A DNA stretch of 63,430 nt, counting the filler, from Dirinaria sp. TL-2023a (Eukaryota), in assembly GCA_051941275.1 (NCBI GenBank). It is 19 parts of 19 records of this genome, joined end to end, with 100 filler letters (N's around TTAATTAATTAA, not from the genome) between each part and the next. Parts side by side here need not be neighbours in the genome. Positions count along the whole stretch, not along the records: positions 10,111 to 13,377 come from JAVEBF010002082.1; positions 13,478 to 16,744 come from JAVEBF010002083.1; positions 16,845 to 20,109 come from JAVEBF010002084.1; positions 20,210 to 23,470 come from JAVEBF010002085.1; positions 23,571 to 26,824 come from JAVEBF010002086.1; 14 more parts are not named here. One strand, 5' to 3'. Position numbers and translations under genes: made by a program. The notes under the pieces were generated by a model. It saw only the letters and a list, made by a program, of their open reading frames with translations. It did not search any database and was not told the origin of the DNA. Of the stretch, positions 11,665-24,032 are shown piece by piece. Numbering within the stretch: the stretch's first letter is position 1; the number at the start of each line of letters is the position of its first letter.

Positions 11665-13477
11665 AAAGGGGGTTCCTCGTCTATCAATGCGTTCAACATC
11701 AAAATTTCCCGGCTTCCACTTCCAATTGCAACATCTTGTTGGTATCGACTACTGTTCGCAGCCATCGCAAGAATATGAGTCTTGTTCCCTTCTACTTATT
11801 TCAACTCGGTAGCATTGCAATCACCACTGAGCGAGGACACGCGTGGTGACGGATATGGCGGCTGCGGAAATCAGGAGAACCGTGCTCAAATTTCTGCCCC
11901 GCAATCTACGTGTCACTGTCTCGGACTGTTTTAACTCGCAGTACGCCAGCCGGCTGGATAGGTCTGGTTTCCGGCACAGGTTGGTGGCTTATTGAGATCC
12001 ACCTTTCAGTCAATGGCTGGCGAGTCAATCTCGGCCATGCTCAGCGATGACAGGATCGCTTGATCAGTGATAGTGATTACTTTTCCTTGTGCTCCACTGA
12101 GGCTCCAGTAGCTGCTTCACAGCACTGTATCAGTGTTGAATTGGTGCAATTGGCTCCCGAACCCTCGCTCAAGGCGGTTGTTGGATGTTCGAGCGAAGGA
12201 TCGTGCTCCGCCATGCAGTAACGATTCTCCGGGTTGCCCTATACCTCGAGTTTCATGCGCATGTCGGCGGGCTGCAAGTGCGGACACGATGACGTTGAAC
12301 ACTACTTCCGTGTCACCGCCTATTGAAGGGTACATGGTAGGATGAAAACGGCAGCATTGACGCAGCAAATATGTTGTACGAAGCATGAACAAACAGTGTG
12401 TCCGCTCCCTTGCTGTTATGCTATCTGCCATCGAAAGCCACTTGGAGCTACCTGCCCCAGTGGAAATGGCGTCAAATCTGTGAGATGCCGATTAGTCTGA
12501 ACGTTCAGTGGCTCGACAATAAGCAGATGCTTGGTGTATAGGAGGAAAGTTCCTCCAGCAAAGCATCGCTATGAAGTGACAGCGAAAGGGTCGGCGACGA
12601 TATTCCCATAGGTATTATGCGCTGACAGATATCTCAAACCCGCAAGGTCCGTGTTACTGCTGAGCTTGCCGAATTGGGCCTGTCCAGCGTATCGAGATGT
12701 ACAATGGGTGGCAGCGAATCTGCAGTCTTCTGCACAGGCAGGGAACGGGATCAGGGAGCGACACCGATTCCTGAGGATAGGGACCCAGGCTGCATGAAGC
12801 ATTTAGCGAGTCACGGCCGCAGCACGCAATTGAGAGACGGCCTTCATTTTACCAATGGAGGACGCGACCGATGATCATGTCGTAACAGGGCTGGGACGTG
12901 CAAAGGAGCAGGGTCGCGCATACGTAGCGCCCCTGCAGCCTGCGCATCAACCGTCTACCAATCCATGTTTGAACTGTAGTACCAGATCTGGCGAAACTAG
13001 CAAGATGAGTAGATGACATGGGATGCTGCTGATGGAAGAAACAATTTGAAGACGAAACCCATAGTACGCCTGAGACCAGTATGTACCTCCGTGACCCTTA
13101 GGTACTTTTACCTCCCTTTTACCTCCAGTGAATGGTGCAGGTGGAGGGAACAACACAGCAGCGGGTTGCGAAGCAGCGAAAGGCAGAAAACCGGTTTGGA
13201 GACTTGAGAGCCTATGGAAGGAATCGAAACGGGAAAACTTAACGAAAGTGAGAAACGCGAACCCAAGCGACCAACCAACGAGATGCCAAGGAGAGAGTCC
13301 GGATACAGGACAGTACAGTAAGTGTGTGTGGACAAGCGAAGGGTCGGGTTGCAGGGTGAACCTTGACTGGGGGTGCTNNNNNNNNNNNNNNNNNNNNNNN
13401 NNNNNNNNNNNNNNNNNNNNNTTAATTAATTAANNNNNNNNNNNNNNNNNNNNNNNNNNNNNNNNNNNNNNNNNNNN

Positions 13478-14933
13478 GCTCCACTCGATCGCCTCCCCGC
13501 CCTTGCCCACGACCGTCATCCCTTCGCCGTCGCCCCACCAGGCGAAATCGGCCACGCCGCCTTTCCCCTCGACCCGCGCTTCCGCGACCCACTGGCTCGT
13601 TTTCGCGTTCAGGATGTTGATCACGCCGCCGCCTTTCCGGGCTGTCCCCACGAGCCCGAGCCAGCGCCCGCACGGGCTGAGTTTGAAGCGCTCCATGCTG
13701 CGCTGCTGCGGCCCGGCGATGTGCGATATTCTCTCGATCTTGCCCGAGCTCAGGTCCCAGATGTGGAAGTAGCGCCGGCGCCCGGCGAAGAAGATTTTCG
13801 AGCCGCTCGTGGGCAGGAAGGTGGAGGTCGTGATTGGGGTGAGCCGGATGTGGAGGGATGTTAGGAGCGGGTTTGGGTGCGGTGGGTGGGGTGAGATGTG
13901 GTGCAGGTAGAGGGTCGATGAAGGGCCGGAGGAGAGGAGGAGCGGGTGGAAAGGGTGGAAGGTTAGGGATTCTATGGTTGACTAGGAGTTTGTTAGTAGG
14001 AGTGTATTTGTGGTGCGGAGAGGGCAAGAGAAAGGTTTACCGGTTGTGCTCCACCGACGTCTTTCGTCCTTTGCATGTCTATGACTTCTGGACGGAGTTT
14101 ACGTCGCTTGCTTGCGCGGTCCGAGTCGTTTTGGAGAAGTGAGCCAGCATTTTGCATGAGTTTTGCCAAGGGTGGAGCCGAGAGATCCTCGGTGTCGACC
14201 GACATGTCGCTTGCGGATCCGTCATCTTCTGAGCTTGCAGATTCGTTGGCCCCCTTCTCCCTCCGCCTCTTGTGCGATTTTTTCCGCCTTGGAGGAGGGT
14301 TCGCCCATTCGGGAGCCGGGTACAGTCGTTCGAATTGCTGCCGTAACCGCTTGATATATTCCCTGCCGGTGACCAGATCCTCCGCCTCCGTGCGCCGTAG
14401 TTTTCGCAGGCGAGTATTTGACGCTAAAGACACTACCATGCGCTCATCGTCACTATCGACCCACGCTGGTGCATTACCGTCCTCTTCTATGTCCTCATCG
14501 CCTCCTGAGGATTTGAGATGGGCGAGAGCTTTCGAGCGATCGGCAGATGGTGTCGTGTCGAGGAAAAACAGCTGAAAACCAATTAGCAGCGACTCTTTTT
14601 CTCAAGGACAATATCAGAAAGGCTTGCATCCGCATCATCGACCCCTTCCAGACCTTCAGTTTCCGCTCCTATTCCATCTTCTTCCAGCTCATCTTCTACA
14701 CTCTCTGGACTATACGCAGCTGTCTTCGAGCGGTGAGAGGCCAGTTCCTCCTGGAAACCCGCTGCGTCTCCGAATACAGCCTTCTCGAGCTCCAATTCAG
14801 TCGCATCTTTCTCCAAAGAATCATGGCTTTCGAAGCCGCTGTAGCTGTCGGAGAGCTCGTCTTGCGTCGGAGGTGTGGGCTGCTGGGCAGAACCTCTCGA
14901 TTGGCGGTTCTTACCCGATTTCGAAAGTGCCAT
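13478..14933 (-). CDS. UTP18: U3 snoRNA-associated protein 18 (WD40), 3' truncated; introns 14572-14627 (GC-AG) and 13982-14040
   Basis: ELELEKAVFGD, DDAD|LFFLD, AWVDSDDE, SLASNTRLRKLR, EYIKRLRQQFERLYPAPEWA, GRRRYFHIWDL, MERFKLSPCGR. Splicing at the stated introns (both with CTAAY branch points) joins the separate ORF pieces in frame. Confidence 0.92.
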
Positions 14934-15900
14934 GATACTCGATGAAGATACAATCGGGCCAAGGGGTCTTAAGGTAAGATTTACTAAGGTACTTCAGATC
15001 TTTCGGCAACTGCTTTCTCGGTTATCTAGGGCTGCTGGGGCCTATTTTGGTATAGCGGCCGAATTGGAAGCAATCCGGGTTGCCCTGAGACAACCCTCAG
15101 AGTCCTGCTCTCTGCCTTGCCAGTTCGATGATTATTGCATTCTACCTGCTACGAGCTTTGAGCTCTTGTGAAACTCATATTTAATCTATAATACTACATG
15201 CCTCTCGCTGCCATTTATAGAGAAGAATATGTTCTACAACAAGTTGATTTGCCTTATGGGCGTCTTCCTCATCTTGCATCAGGGGCCGTTGACTCGCTTA
15301 CAACATATAATTCAGTAGCAAATTCAGGAGAGCCCAAACAACCATTTAGAGTGCACTCTCGTCAATGCTTCAGCTTTCACATATGATCTCAATTTTACAC
15401 ACAGATCCATACTGCATTAGATCTCCTTTTTCATTTATCAGAATATCACCGTCCTAACATTTAAAGGAACAATATGTGCACTGATACGTTCATATAGATT
15501 CATTGATCACATATTAAAGCGAGGAGAATTATTTTCAAATGAGAGCATCAACCTTTGTGTATAGACAGAACCCAATTGGTATCGAAGAACTGATAGGCTA
15601 ATCAATCCCTCACCCACCCAAGAGGCGATGGCTAATTCTTCCTTCCCTTCGTGCCAAAAAAACAGATGTAAGTATACAATGCTTCAAGAAGAAACCACGT
15701 GTTTGAGAAGACAACAAAAGCAGACCCGTCGCCAAAGCCCATTGCTCTTCACAAGACTCCGTCGAGACGCCTTCTTTGACGCCCCGGACCAGACGCCTCC
15801 AACGCCCCATGAACACCGTGATGGAGTTTCAGGCGCGAGTAAAACTTAAAAGCCAGGTGGGATATGGTGAAGAGATGGCCCTTGGAGCAACAAAGACGAC

Positions 15901-16491
15901 TCAAGCTTTGGGTTTCCTGCCTCCCTTGCCATCGGTTCCTCGAATCTTTCGTGTGCCGGCACCCTGTTCGCCCACAAGCGTCAGTGTGATATTCCCATTT
16001 CTCCTCGAGACCGCAGCTAGAGCGCGACCAAACAGGAGCCAGTGGGAACATACCTTCTTGCCCGGCTTCCCCTGCACGATTCCCACAACCTTTTCAACCG
16101 CGCCCTCAATCTTATCCATGACCGTTGGCTCTTTCTTCTCCACCACCACCTTCTCCTTCTTCGGCGTTGCCTTCTTCTTCTCCACTCGCCCGCTGGCAAC
16201 CTTATCCTTCTTTGTCTCCGTCTTCTTAGCTCTGGGCTTCGAAGTGTTGGCTTTGGTTCCCGTAGTCTTCTTCTCAACCTTCTTCTCCGCCTTCACCACC
16301 TCTTTCTTAGCTTTCGCAGCAGCGGTTTTAGCCTTAGTCTTCGCTTCAGCGACGGCTTTCTTCGGCTTGGACGCAGTGGAGCCGCGGGCTTTGGGTTTGG
16401 TGACGCGTTTCTTGGGTGCGGGGCCGGCGGCGAGGAGAGGGTCGGGCTTGCGAGGAGCGGAATGACCCGTGGCTTTACGTGTCTCTACCAT
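15901..16491 (-). CDS. Small Lys/Ala-rich basic (histone H1 tail-like) protein; in-frame intron 15964-16053
   Basis: K/A/E-rich ORF. The GTATGT...CTGAC...CAG 90-nt intron, once removed, gives DKIEGAVEKVVGIVQGKPGKK|GAGTRKIRGTDGKG, a motif I recall from small ascomycete proteins. Confidence 0.75.
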   Translation of the reverse strand: MVETRKATGHSAPRKPDPLLAAGPAPKKRVTKPKARGSTASKPKKAVAEAKTKAKTAAAKAKKEVVKAEKKVEKKTTGTKANTSKPRAKKTETKKDKVASGRVEKKKATPKKEKVVVEKKEPTVMDKIEGAVEKVVGIVQGKPGKKVCSHWLLFGRALAAVSRRNGNITLTLVGEQGAGTRKIRGTDGKGGRKPKA

Positions 16492-17649
16492 AGTCGCGAC
16501 AAAGAAGAGAGCTTTGCGAAGTTATTAGCTGGTCCAGGAAACAAGAAGGGGAAAAAAGGCTCATGATACCAGCGCTCGAGTTGCCGGGGGTGGGGGGATA
16601 ATAAACAATAAGAATGCGCGCCAGCTAAATCGCCTCAAGGGAGATAAAAATCACGCTCAAGCAAAAGCAAAGTCAGATAAGAAAAAAATCAAAACAACTA
16701 AGAATCGCGATGCGAATCGAAGTTGTGTAGTAGGTGCGTACGATNNNNNNNNNNNNNNNNNNNNNNNNNNNNNNNNNNNNNNNNNNNNTTAATTAATTAA
16801 NNNNNNNNNNNNNNNNNNNNNNNNNNNNNNNNNNNNNNNNNNNNTCGCACTCCTTTAAGCCGCCCCAAATGCCCATCTCGTTCTTCATCAATTGAAGGTC
16901 TTAAAACGATTTCTCTCAAGCCCCTTATTAGTTTCTCCTTCCTCCCTTTTCAGCGTGTCCCTAACAAATCCATCATTGTCCTTGACGCATCGAATCCGTA
17001 TCTCAGGACTGCCCTAAAAAAGGTCTCGGCGGGAATTGTATGTCGAATCATAAATATGCCTTGTTACTGAGCCGCTGTTCTTTAAGGCTCCTTGCAGGGT
17101 GTAAGCGCACCGACTCGATATAGTAGGGGTGTCTGGAGATAATACTGTCCTCGATCGCAAGCGGCAATGGCGGAGGGAGATGAGACACTAATGAGGCCCG
17201 CGATCGAATGAGATTTTAGCAAGGCTGGGTAAACTTACTTAGCGGAAACGCCTCGATCCGGTCTAGCGTTCGCTTGCGGCTTTGCATTGAATAAAAGAAA
17301 GAATAAAAGAAAAGGGAAAGAAGGTTCAAAATCCATACGAGTCCATCTTCTTAAACACCAGTTATTAGGCCTTCATCCCAAATATGAATGTCGTTAGAGC
17401 AAGCGAAAAGTGAAAGTTCTCGAATCTAACTGCCATATATCAATCGTCTACTCTGCTTATTTCGTGTTTGCCGCCCGAATGCAAGAACGTCACAGAATGT
17501 CATACGCAACAATTCAACAGGAAACCCATTTAAATGAAGAAGGCAGATCAGCTGACGCGGTTGTATCAGAAAAGATTGCATTGATCATCCGCCGAAACGG
17601 GATATAAGCTGAGGAACAAGACTACTATCAATGCTAATTTGGCAGATCT

Positions 17650-20103
17650 CTGCCGGATAACTAGATACAACGCGCGCTGAAGCCGACGTATTTCTGAAGC
17701 AACGCTCCCTCCACAACGTCCACTGCAATGTCCTCGTCTCCGTGTTCTTATGAGGACTGAAGTATTGTTGCTAAGAGATCATGTTCCTCATGACCGACTG
17801 AGTCAATCAGATTAACGATGCCATTGCGTAGATTCCGATGTCGATGCTTGCGTCGAAGGTGAGGGACATTAGTACTTGAAAGATCCGATATTCGTCGACC
17901 TCGCAGAAAAGACTTTGCATTAGTAAATGACTGCATAAACTTGTATTAGTTAAGATCTTCTTGTGTGCTTTCGTTCTGATGTGGGGACTGACATAGTCAG
18001 ATTGCCTAAGAGTATGATATGCAGTGACGACTTCACTCTGGCCCTTTCATTTGAACAGTCTTACGCCTCTTTGATCAAGTGTCATGCCAGTCGTCTGCAA
18101 AGTACACAGAATTATCTGTTGACGATCGTGAAGAAGTTCTGAGATGACGATATAAAGCTCCGTTCGAGTGGCCGACGCGATAATATTGGGCTTACTCTGC
18201 ATCACAGTGCCCTTTTGGACGAAACTGTCACAGATTTTCTGTGTCTTGATGAGGACGCCGTGCTGATCACAGAGAGTGACGATTTGAGCAGCAGATGAGC
18301 GTGCCTTCTTGAACTTTGATTTCGAAAAAAAAGTTTCCCATTGCGATCTTTTCGTGAACAACAAAGGATGTTTTGCATCGTAAATTGAGCCTAAATCTCA
18401 TTTCGATAATTTAGAAAGGTAGTGAAATAGTCTAGCATGACTTACGAAAAACTAGAGGATTGGTGCACCCTTCAGTAGAAGTCATGTCAGTCAGACATTA
18501 GCACGGAGCCTTCCCGAAGCTCATTGCTCTAACAACTCCGAGGTGCAGGATGCTGATCCAACAGCAAGGCATCTGAGCGAATAAAGAAGGAACAAAAAAT
18601 AGACACGAAAACAAGATAAGTGTCTATTGAATCAGAAACGCTGAAGACACCAATCTCTCTTTGCCTTGTCTTCTAGCTTGTGAATCGCCTGAGCAGCTGT
18701 CGATATGACTGACCGACATGAACCAACCCGGGATTCAGAATTTACATTCGCGACTGCCAGCCTTGCTCATATAATCCGATGACAGCTTGACGCGAAATCG
18801 AAATTAAACTAATGAAGAACGACCTTGAAATGATAGCTCATTGGATACGAGATGCCTCTGCGGTCTAATCTAACACTGATTTTGTTGCATTACTGTGACT
18901 CATCTATGTCGTAAAACTTTAGATACCATGAAAGACCTCATACTCGTATGCTTGAGATTAGTGATATCAAGCATTGTGATTGTACCTACCTCTGCAGCAA
19001 ACATGCCGACAGGAAGAGGTCTAGAGAAGTGCTGCTGAAAGTTGCCCCATGACATTTCCAGCGACTCAATGTAGCTAAATCGGACCGCCACGTTACGTAC
19101 GATCAACCCCAGCTTGACGATCGTCACTCCTAAGCATCGATATCTCACCTGACTCCGCATGAAAAGTTGCATTTTATCGACCACAATACACTTAATTTAC
19201 AATGGAAATGGGTTCAATCAAGCATCTATCGCCAGCTCAGAACCATGAGATAACTGGGACCCAAAAAAGTCGCGTTCCTTGAAAGCAAATCGCTCATAAT
19301 ACACAACCAAATGACTTCACCGTTTAATGTACTTGAAAATTGCGATATGCACGTAGCGAAAGACAGCAGAATATGCCTCATGCATGCCTTGACTCACGTT
19401 TTTCTGTAACGTCAAAGCGTATGACAGATCACTCAGAAATACTGTGTCCGAGTGAAACACAAGTTCATTCGACCACGCAGAACTAGAAGTCTTCTCTTCT
19501 CACCCGCAAAATTAATAATCCTCGAATATCAACGGTGGGACTATTTTCACCATGAGCAAGCATATCTTATCCGTCCGACGCTGCGATCAAGAACGAACGA
19601 GAGACGTTCACTACACTTCCATACCGCGACGAGGTCTTCGAGGGAGTTTGCAAACTCAATCTCACCTCTTCCAATTCTGAGTTCCGAGGCTCAAAGTCTC
19701 GATAGGAATAATATGAGGTTCTTGTCCCTGAAGAATTCTCTTCTACACATAAATGATGGTTTGTTCCAGTGTCATCATTCGATTCTCGCAACGACATCTC
19801 ACCATTAGATTCCTTCAATCGTGGAGCGTGAAGCTGAGTCAGATCCATGACTAATGATGAATCTTCCTCTGATAAGCCTTCACACTCAGACGTCCGCATA
19901 TCCCCTGTGAAAATAGATTCCCTAGACTCAGAATCCTCGGAACGCGGTCGTTCAGTCATAGCTAATGCACGTATACAATTCGAATTGATCGATCGCAACG
20001 AGCTCGGAGCGATACGAGACAGATCTGCTATATTCTCAAAAAGCGGAGAAGCGATGTGATCTTGCGGCACGCCCACAGTTTGTTCGCTTGTGACAGACTT
20101 CAA
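17650..20103 (-). pseudogene. Decayed gene of unknown identity
   Basis: Collinear minus-strand ORF fragments (19567-20103, 18900-19184, 18047-18364, 17748-17936). One frame reads through about 19480-18990 with isolated TGA/TAA stops and ends at a GTAGGT donor. Confidence 0.35.
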
Positions 20104-21036
20104 TTGAACNNNNNNNNNNNNNNNNNNNNNNNNNNNNNNNNNNNNNNNNNNNNTTAATTAATTAANNNNNNNNNNNNNNNNNNNNNNNNNNNNNNNNNNN
20201 NNNNNNNNNGGGTGAGGATATAAAAGTCATACATTGGGGGGGTGGAACTTTACCATTTTGAATACCGGCCGATCTAGATAACTAATGTATGTAGCTAGCA
20301 TGTTTGTTGTTGTTGTTGTTCAATTGCATGCATGCATGTGCATGTACAAGGCGATCGATCAGCATGTTTTTTTTTTCTCCTCTCGAGGACGGCAGAAGAT
20401 AGATCAGATTTCAATCTGTAGGGGGAAAGAAAAAACTTGTAAATACAATACATATAACTCAAGTACATACATACATAAACCATGATTCCCACCTATGTAC
20501 ATTTTATCTACATACGCTTTACGTTCTGCAGAAACACGCCCCCCCTCCCCCCAAGAAAAAAAACTTTACTTAGTTTTCTTATTCATGGATGTTGGTGGAG
20601 GGGGGAGTAATAAGTGCAAAAGAAAAGAGAAAGGTCGGTACGAGTACGAGGATAATTGTAAGATCTCATCTTACCTACCTTATATATAGGGAGCACTTAT
20701 TTGTACCCGCGCTAGGAGAAACCTTCCACCGACACTAACCTGATAGGGTAAAAACAACTACACCTCACCCAAAATTTCTGTATAATCTAGATAACTTCCC
20801 AGGTATTTTCCCGAAAAAATACCTGGCTAAATTTTGACAAACAATTTGGTTGTTTCCTGGAAAATCTAGATAAAAATGCCTGCTAATTTCACCAAGCAAT
20901 CACCAAAGTCAACATTGACAAATCGTCATTGCATGTTTTTACCTAAGAAATCTATGCTTGTTGTCTCTGACTCTCATCGTCTTCGCTTCATTTTCTCGCT
21001 CTGCGTTTTCTTCGTCTTCTTGACTATGATCTCATC

Positions 21037-21162
21037 TGTCAAAGACCTTAACCTTGGTTAGATAGGTTTCCCAATGCAAAGGACTTGGTTTAGTTAGTCT
21101 TTTAGCCATGCCGGGACTTTTACCATTAGGAAACCTATCTAACCAAGGTTGGGTCTTTGACA
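21037..21162. mobile_element. 126-bp foldback/MITE-like element with ~40-bp terminal inverted repeats (TGTCA...TGACA)
   Basis: Left arm TGTCAAAGACCTTAACCTTGGTTAGATAGGTTTCCCAATG versus reverse complement of the right arm TGTCAAAGACCCAACCTTGGTTAGATAGGTTTCCTAATG. Confidence 0.6.
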
Positions 21163-23470
21163 TCGATAATGAGAGACTTATGACAGAAGACAGAAGATCG
21201 TCGCGTGTCGATGTTGTCAGATGATTCGATAAAAATTTTTTCGAAAACAGATCAGATTCTCATTCTCGAAATCATAAACAATGTCGCTCAATTGAAACAT
21301 TGAGTTCGCAACGACGGCGATGCTGTTTGAGATCTTATAAAGAAATATCGAGTGAAACGTGATATGACGTTGCGCTGTGTAAAAAAGTGAAGAAAGATGA
21401 AGAAAATGAGAGACGATGCAATGAATCAGATCATAAGAGCACAAAAAAGACTTCAGATTAATAAACAAGATTTTGAACAAGAAAGAGTCTTAAATTTAAA
21501 TCTTAACGATCAATTGCACGAGAAAAATGATATATTACAAGATCGTGATGTAAAAATATCGACATTGAAAAAGCAGTTGCTTGTTGTCAAGATTGTTGAT
21601 GCTGATGAAAATTCGATACTCATCAATAATCAACATCGACGTCGACGAAATCGTAACAGAAGCAGAAACCGATCGTTCATGTTCTCATCTGCACGTTCGA
21701 AAAAATCAACTAAGATGTCGAATCTCTCAGTGCTTATCGATAACATCGACTTTATCTACATCAATTGACGTCTGCAAATAACGGACAAACTTCGCATCAA
21801 TGCGAATCATTTCTCGAATGAAATCGATAAAACGATTTATATTTGTTTACGAGTAAACGACGATGTCGCGAATCACATTAACGTTTATCGACTCAGTAAC
21901 TCTGACTATTTTAGAATTTCTCAATAGATTATGACAACACTAAACAGCATTTACGAGAATTCTAACCGTCAGAAAAACGCGAGACAGAAGTTCAAGCATC
22001 TCAAAATGCAAACGGAGACGTTTTTTCATATCTTCTATGTCAAATTTCATCGCTGTGTCATCATTGTCGATATATCGCAGAACTATATGATGATAAAATT
22101 GAAGAAAAAAATTCTGCCGCGTATGCAGAAAATCATAATCGATAGTTCTTCTGCGGCAACAACACTGAATGAGCTGAGATTATATTTAACTCAATTGAAT
22201 AATCTTCAACGTCATTTAATAGCAAATCGGACAGACAATAAATCGAAAACGAGTGCAAATATATCGATTTCTAGCAGTGCAGTCACTTTAAGATCTTCAG
22301 CTCATGCAGTTATTCGTGACTCGACGTCTGTGATCACTATATCTAACTCACAGCGTTTTCGAGACAGCATCTCAGCACACAATGACAATCGAATCTACAT
22401 TTCGATCTCAAAAAATATCTCGAATCGTATCATCTGTCGAAAATATGATGAAGTCGATCACTATGTCAATGACTGCTCGCATCATCAGAAAACTCGTATT
22501 CATGAGATTGACGTCGACGATGACTTTACTAATCAACACTCGAAAAACGAGTAATCATCGACAGTGACGCTTCGAATGACGAAATAATCACATCAAGCAA
22601 TGTCTTTGATCAGAAATCTTACGATCGATTTTTTTTATTTGTCGATTGCTCTTTAACTCTATTAAAAAAAAGATATGATTTCAAGACATTAGTGAATATC
22701 GATTCACAGATGTACTTCGTTATAGACGAAGAAATAATCGAAAAGACATGCAGATTTTTAGATTTGCAATCTATATCTCTTTTCAGATCACGATCAGTCA
22801 GAAAATTTAATAAAATACTGAGCAAAAAATCTATAACGCATGTTATATATTTTTTTCTAACTGTTAACAATTATTCGAAACTCATTTGCTCTATACTTAT
22901 CACTTAATTGAGTACTTATAAAATTATATTGAGCAAGCTCTGAATAAATAAACATGATCTGAAACTGAATATAAAGAAGAATCAAATGATTTTTAAAAAA
23001 AGAAAATGCAGAAAATTAAATTGTCGATTTGAAAGAATTTGTCAAAGTTCAATTTCATAAAAAACAGTCACAATCCGATCTTCAGTATCTTCTACATCGA
23101 CGCCCGTCGAAGCATCTAAATTGACTAGCTCTTCGCGTTATACGATTTTAAAAAAATCACTCATCATAAACAAGATCAAGAAGATATCTGCGTTTATCTC
23201 GCTGATAGCAAATTCTTTCACGATAATTGCAAGCGTGTAAAAAAAAAAATCGATCGATATACAATTAGTTAATGCTGCCGCATTCATTATGCTCTCACAA
23301 AGAGAACTTCGCAATAAAAACGATTTTAAACTCTTTTCTCTTACTATGTCACAATTGAATCGAAAACTTCGTCGTCGATTCTATCAGTACAATAGCGCTA
23401 ATAATGACATCGCTGCATCGACAATATCATCAATGACTATGAAGAATATTATTAAGTTGATCCCCTCGAA
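21163..23470 (+). mobile_element. Degenerate Ty3/Gypsy LTR retrotransposon: gag (zinc knuckle) and protease region
   Basis: Gag-like LNSIYENSNRQKNARQKFKHLKM; degenerate CCHC knuckle CRKYDEVDHYVNDC; protease-like KTLVNIDSQ (from ALVDTGSQ) in the -1 frame; many TGA stops; CC/GG depleted. Confidence 0.85.
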
Positions 23471-24032
23471 NNNNNNNNNNNNNNNNNNNNNNNNNNNNNN
23501 NNNNNNNNNNNNNNTTAATTAATTAANNNNNNNNNNNNNNNNNNNNNNNNNNNNNNNNNNNNNNNNNNNNCCACATCCCCATTCCTCTCTCTCTTCGCAA
23601 TTTCCATTCTGACTTCTGTCCTTACCTGGCTGCTCATTCTTTCTTTGGAAACCCATTCTCTCTCTACTTTATATCCCTGCTGGTGGGGCCCCACCATTGC
23701 GGCAACGTTTATAAAATCCTAACCCACTGTTAATATTAACTTAATCCATCCATCGCCGCGTGTCCTCCTCCAGCGCCGTCCCAATGCTGTGAGACAATTC
23801 AGGAAATTCGAGCGACAATCCATTTCGAACCTGTGGCTTGTATACGCACCATGACGCCTTCCCGCGTCTGAGCCTCCCAATCTGCCCTTGCGAAACAACC
23901 GGATACTCTCTTCCAGCTGGCCTATTTCGGAGCTGTCGATCGCCTGCAATCTCGGCGGTGAGGCCGCGTGTGTGAAACAGGTCAAATTATAGACGTCTTA
24001 GTAAGAGCCGGTTGGCCGAGAACTATATCGAA

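Noticed and set aside
10111..14933. Ribosome-biogenesis cluster (JIP5 next to UTP18)
   Set aside because: Separate contigs joined by the 13378-13477 spacer.
15776..16566. Plus-strand hydrophobic ORFs (229 and 174 aa) and similar antisense ORFs over MSB2, PhoD and the 24-kb gene
   Set aside because: Shadows of low-complexity or GC-rich coding sequence on the opposite strand.
20799..20826. Hairpin CCAGGTATTTT...AAAATACCTGG with nearby short direct repeats
   Set aside because: An 11-bp stem in AT-rich DNA with no partner terminus or transposase; too weak to call.
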